NCBI GenBank assembly: GCA_023381615.1
Contig: JAMCQL010000013.1
Coordinates: forward strand, 3,869-67,868
Length of the DNA stretch: 64,000 nucleotides
DNA from: Bacteroidota bacterium
Lineage (GTDB): Bacteria > Bacteroidota > Ignavibacteria > Kryptoniales > JAKASW01
Reading direction: 5' to 3'
Below, piece after piece: positions 62,559 through 64,000 of this stretch. Below the pieces are notes generated by a model. That model worked only from the letters and a program-made list of their open reading frames with translations. It did not search any database and had not been told where the DNA came from. The position numbers and the translations under genes were made by a program. The first letter of the stretch is position 1. Each line of letters begins with the position of its first letter.

Positions 62559-64000
62559 CTATTCTGCGGTGTCAACCGTGAATCTCTTTATCTTCTGCGT
62601 GGTTGTCTTTTGAAATTCCTCGTCCCGGACACGGAAACTTTTTATCTGCTTGTAAATCGGAAACTCGCGATTGACTTTCCTGATTTCTCCGTCGATCACT
62701 TCGTTGATGAGTTCGGGAGTTATTTGCACTCCCTTCGATTCCGAGAGTTCGATGAACGCTTCAGCGTCAACCACGATTTGCGCGGCGATGACTTCGCCCT
62801 CTTTCTCGCTTTTTTCTCCGTAAACCATGCTTTCAAGTATGAATGGACTCCGGTTCAAGACATCTTCGATCTCTTCCGGAAAGACGTTTTCTCCGCTCTT
62901 CGAGATGATCACGTTCTTCTTGCGTCCGCTGATGTGAAGGAAGCCATCCTCGTCTATGTAACCGACATCGCCCGTCTTGAACCACTCGCCGTCGAAAGTG
63001 TCCTTGGTTGCTTTTTCGTTCTTGTAATATCCTAACATCACGCTCGGCGCTTTTGCGTAAACTTCACCGATGCCTTCAGGATTGGGGCTGCCAATTTTTA
63101 TTTGAACATGCGGAAGCGGAAGTCCGGCTGCGTTGTCCTTGAAATTGGAGAGCCGGTTGAGCGTCAGGATAGGCGAAGTCTCAGTGAGTCCGTAGCCCTG
63201 CACAAAATTAAATCCGAATTCGCGGAGTCCTTTTGCGACAAGCGGATCAGGCGCAGCACCGCCGGCGATGAAGCATCGGATAGAGCCGCCAAACTTATGA
63301 TGTATTTCCTTGAACACAACTTTTTTGGAACTCTTCCAGCCGATCTTCTCGAGAACTTCAGTCGCTTTTATCATCGGACGAATGATCGCACCGACTAACT
63401 TCTTTTCCTTTATCCCGCGGTAAATTGCCTTGAACATTTTATCGTAAAGCAGCGGGACCGCGAGGAGCATTGTAGCTTTAACCTTCTGCAGATCATCAAC
63501 AATTGTTTTTAATGACCTCGCATAATGAACGGAGGCACCTGCATACAATGGACACAACATCCCGCATGTACATTCATAGGTGTGGTGTATCGGAAGAACC
63601 GACAGGAAACGGTCCTCCGGATGGATCATAAACATGCTGACCATGTCCATGAGGTTCGCCGCAATATTCTTTTGGCTGAGCATGACTCCCTTCGCCCTGC
63701 CGAGCGTGCCGGATGTAAAAATGATGACGGCGAGATCGTCGGGATTGATCGCCGGCAATTTGCTTTGATCTATTCCAGGACTCTTGTTAATGAGTTCCGT
63801 CATGGAATAGAAGCCGTCTGCCTGCGTTTTTGCATCCATGCTGATGTAATGCTTGAGGTGTTTCATGGACGCCCTTTTTTCGCGGAACATCGGCTCATAA
63901 GTTTCGGTGAAAATCACGGATGTTGCTTCGGATTCATGAAGTATGTTGAGTATCTCGTTGACACCCAAGTTTTTGTCGACCGGCACAACGACAAAGTTGA
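62559..64000 (-). CDS. AMP-dependent long-chain acyl-CoA synthetase/ligase (5' end beyond the right edge)
   Basis: The AMP-binding motif is IIFTSGTLGRAKGVMLS, and the product also reads GYGLTETS, WFKTGDVGYIDEDGFLHISGRKKN. The frame stays open from 63986 to 64000 (...NFVVVPVDKN), so the track Met is internal. Confidence 0.85.
   Translation of the reverse strand, partial: NFVVVPVDKNLGVNEILNILHESEATSVIFTETYEPMFREKRASMKHLKHYISMDAKTQADGFYSMTELINKSPGIDQSKLPAINPDDLAVIIFTSGTLGRAKGVMLSQKNIAANLMDMVSMFMIHPEDRFLSVLPIHHTYECTCGMLCPLYAGASVHYARSLKTIVDDLQKVKATMLLAVPLLYDKMFKAIYRGIKEKKLVGAIIRPMIKATEVLEKIGWKSSKKVVFKEIHHKFGGSIRCFIAGGAAPDPLVAKGLREFGFNFVQGYGLTETSPILTLNRLSNFKDNAAGLPLPHVQIKIGSPNPEGIGEVYAKAPSVMLGYYKNEKATKDTFDGEWFKTGDVGYIDEDGFLHISGRKKNVIISKSGENVFPEEIEDVLNRSPFILESMVYGEKSEKEGEVIAAQIVVDAEAFIELSESKGVQITPELINEVIDGEIRKVNREFPIYKQIKSFRVRDEEFQKTTTQKIKRFTVDTAE

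Overview
This 64 kb window looks bacterial and probably comes from the Fibrobacteres-Chlorobi-Bacteroidetes (FCB) group outside classical Bacteroidetes. The grounds are type IX secretion (T9SS) C-terminal sorting domains ('NYPNPFNP...'), a TonB-dependent receptor with a CarboxypepD_reg N-terminus, no SusD-like gene, and an ABC sugar importer. Almost all genes are on the minus strand. Positions 1-26185 form one co-directional, tightly packed polysaccharide-utilisation-type locus. In transcription order it encodes a LacI regulator, a tandem CBM9-like T9SS surface protein, a TonB-dependent receptor, a 1135-aa unknown T9SS-type protein, a PorV/PorQ-like barrel, a GH94 phosphorylase, two GH144-like (glucoamylase-like) enzymes, a sugar ABC binding protein with two permeases, a GH2-like enzyme, a GH3 beta-glucosidase and a SurA-like chaperone. 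Positions 26.2-28.4 kb hold an odd accessory patch: a divergent squalene-synthase-family gene that looks compositionally different by eye, a small GIY-YIG gene, and four tandem 106-bp units built around a non-canonical tRNA-Asn-like element. The remainder is mostly housekeeping: prfA, hemN, a PAS histidine kinase, family-4 UDG, dnaB, a Crp/Fnr regulator, ptsH/ptsI fused into an operon with isoprenoid genes and a PGI/PMI, mntH, yjbQ, a GH13 amylase, an isolated nuoGHI block, ald, an M16 peptidase and tRNA-Arg(TCT). It also contains a 989-aa peptidase-MA / PD40 beta-propeller / Omp85-barrel fusion, two glycosyltransferases, a glucose-dehydrogenase-like MDR enzyme, an alpha-galactosidase-like protein with an NPCBM domain, and a partial acyl-CoA synthetase. 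Short GC-rich palindromic repeat families occupy several operon boundaries. I saw no rRNA, CRISPR array, integrase or transposase. Every family assignment is motif recognition by eye on the supplied translations, and no database search was run.
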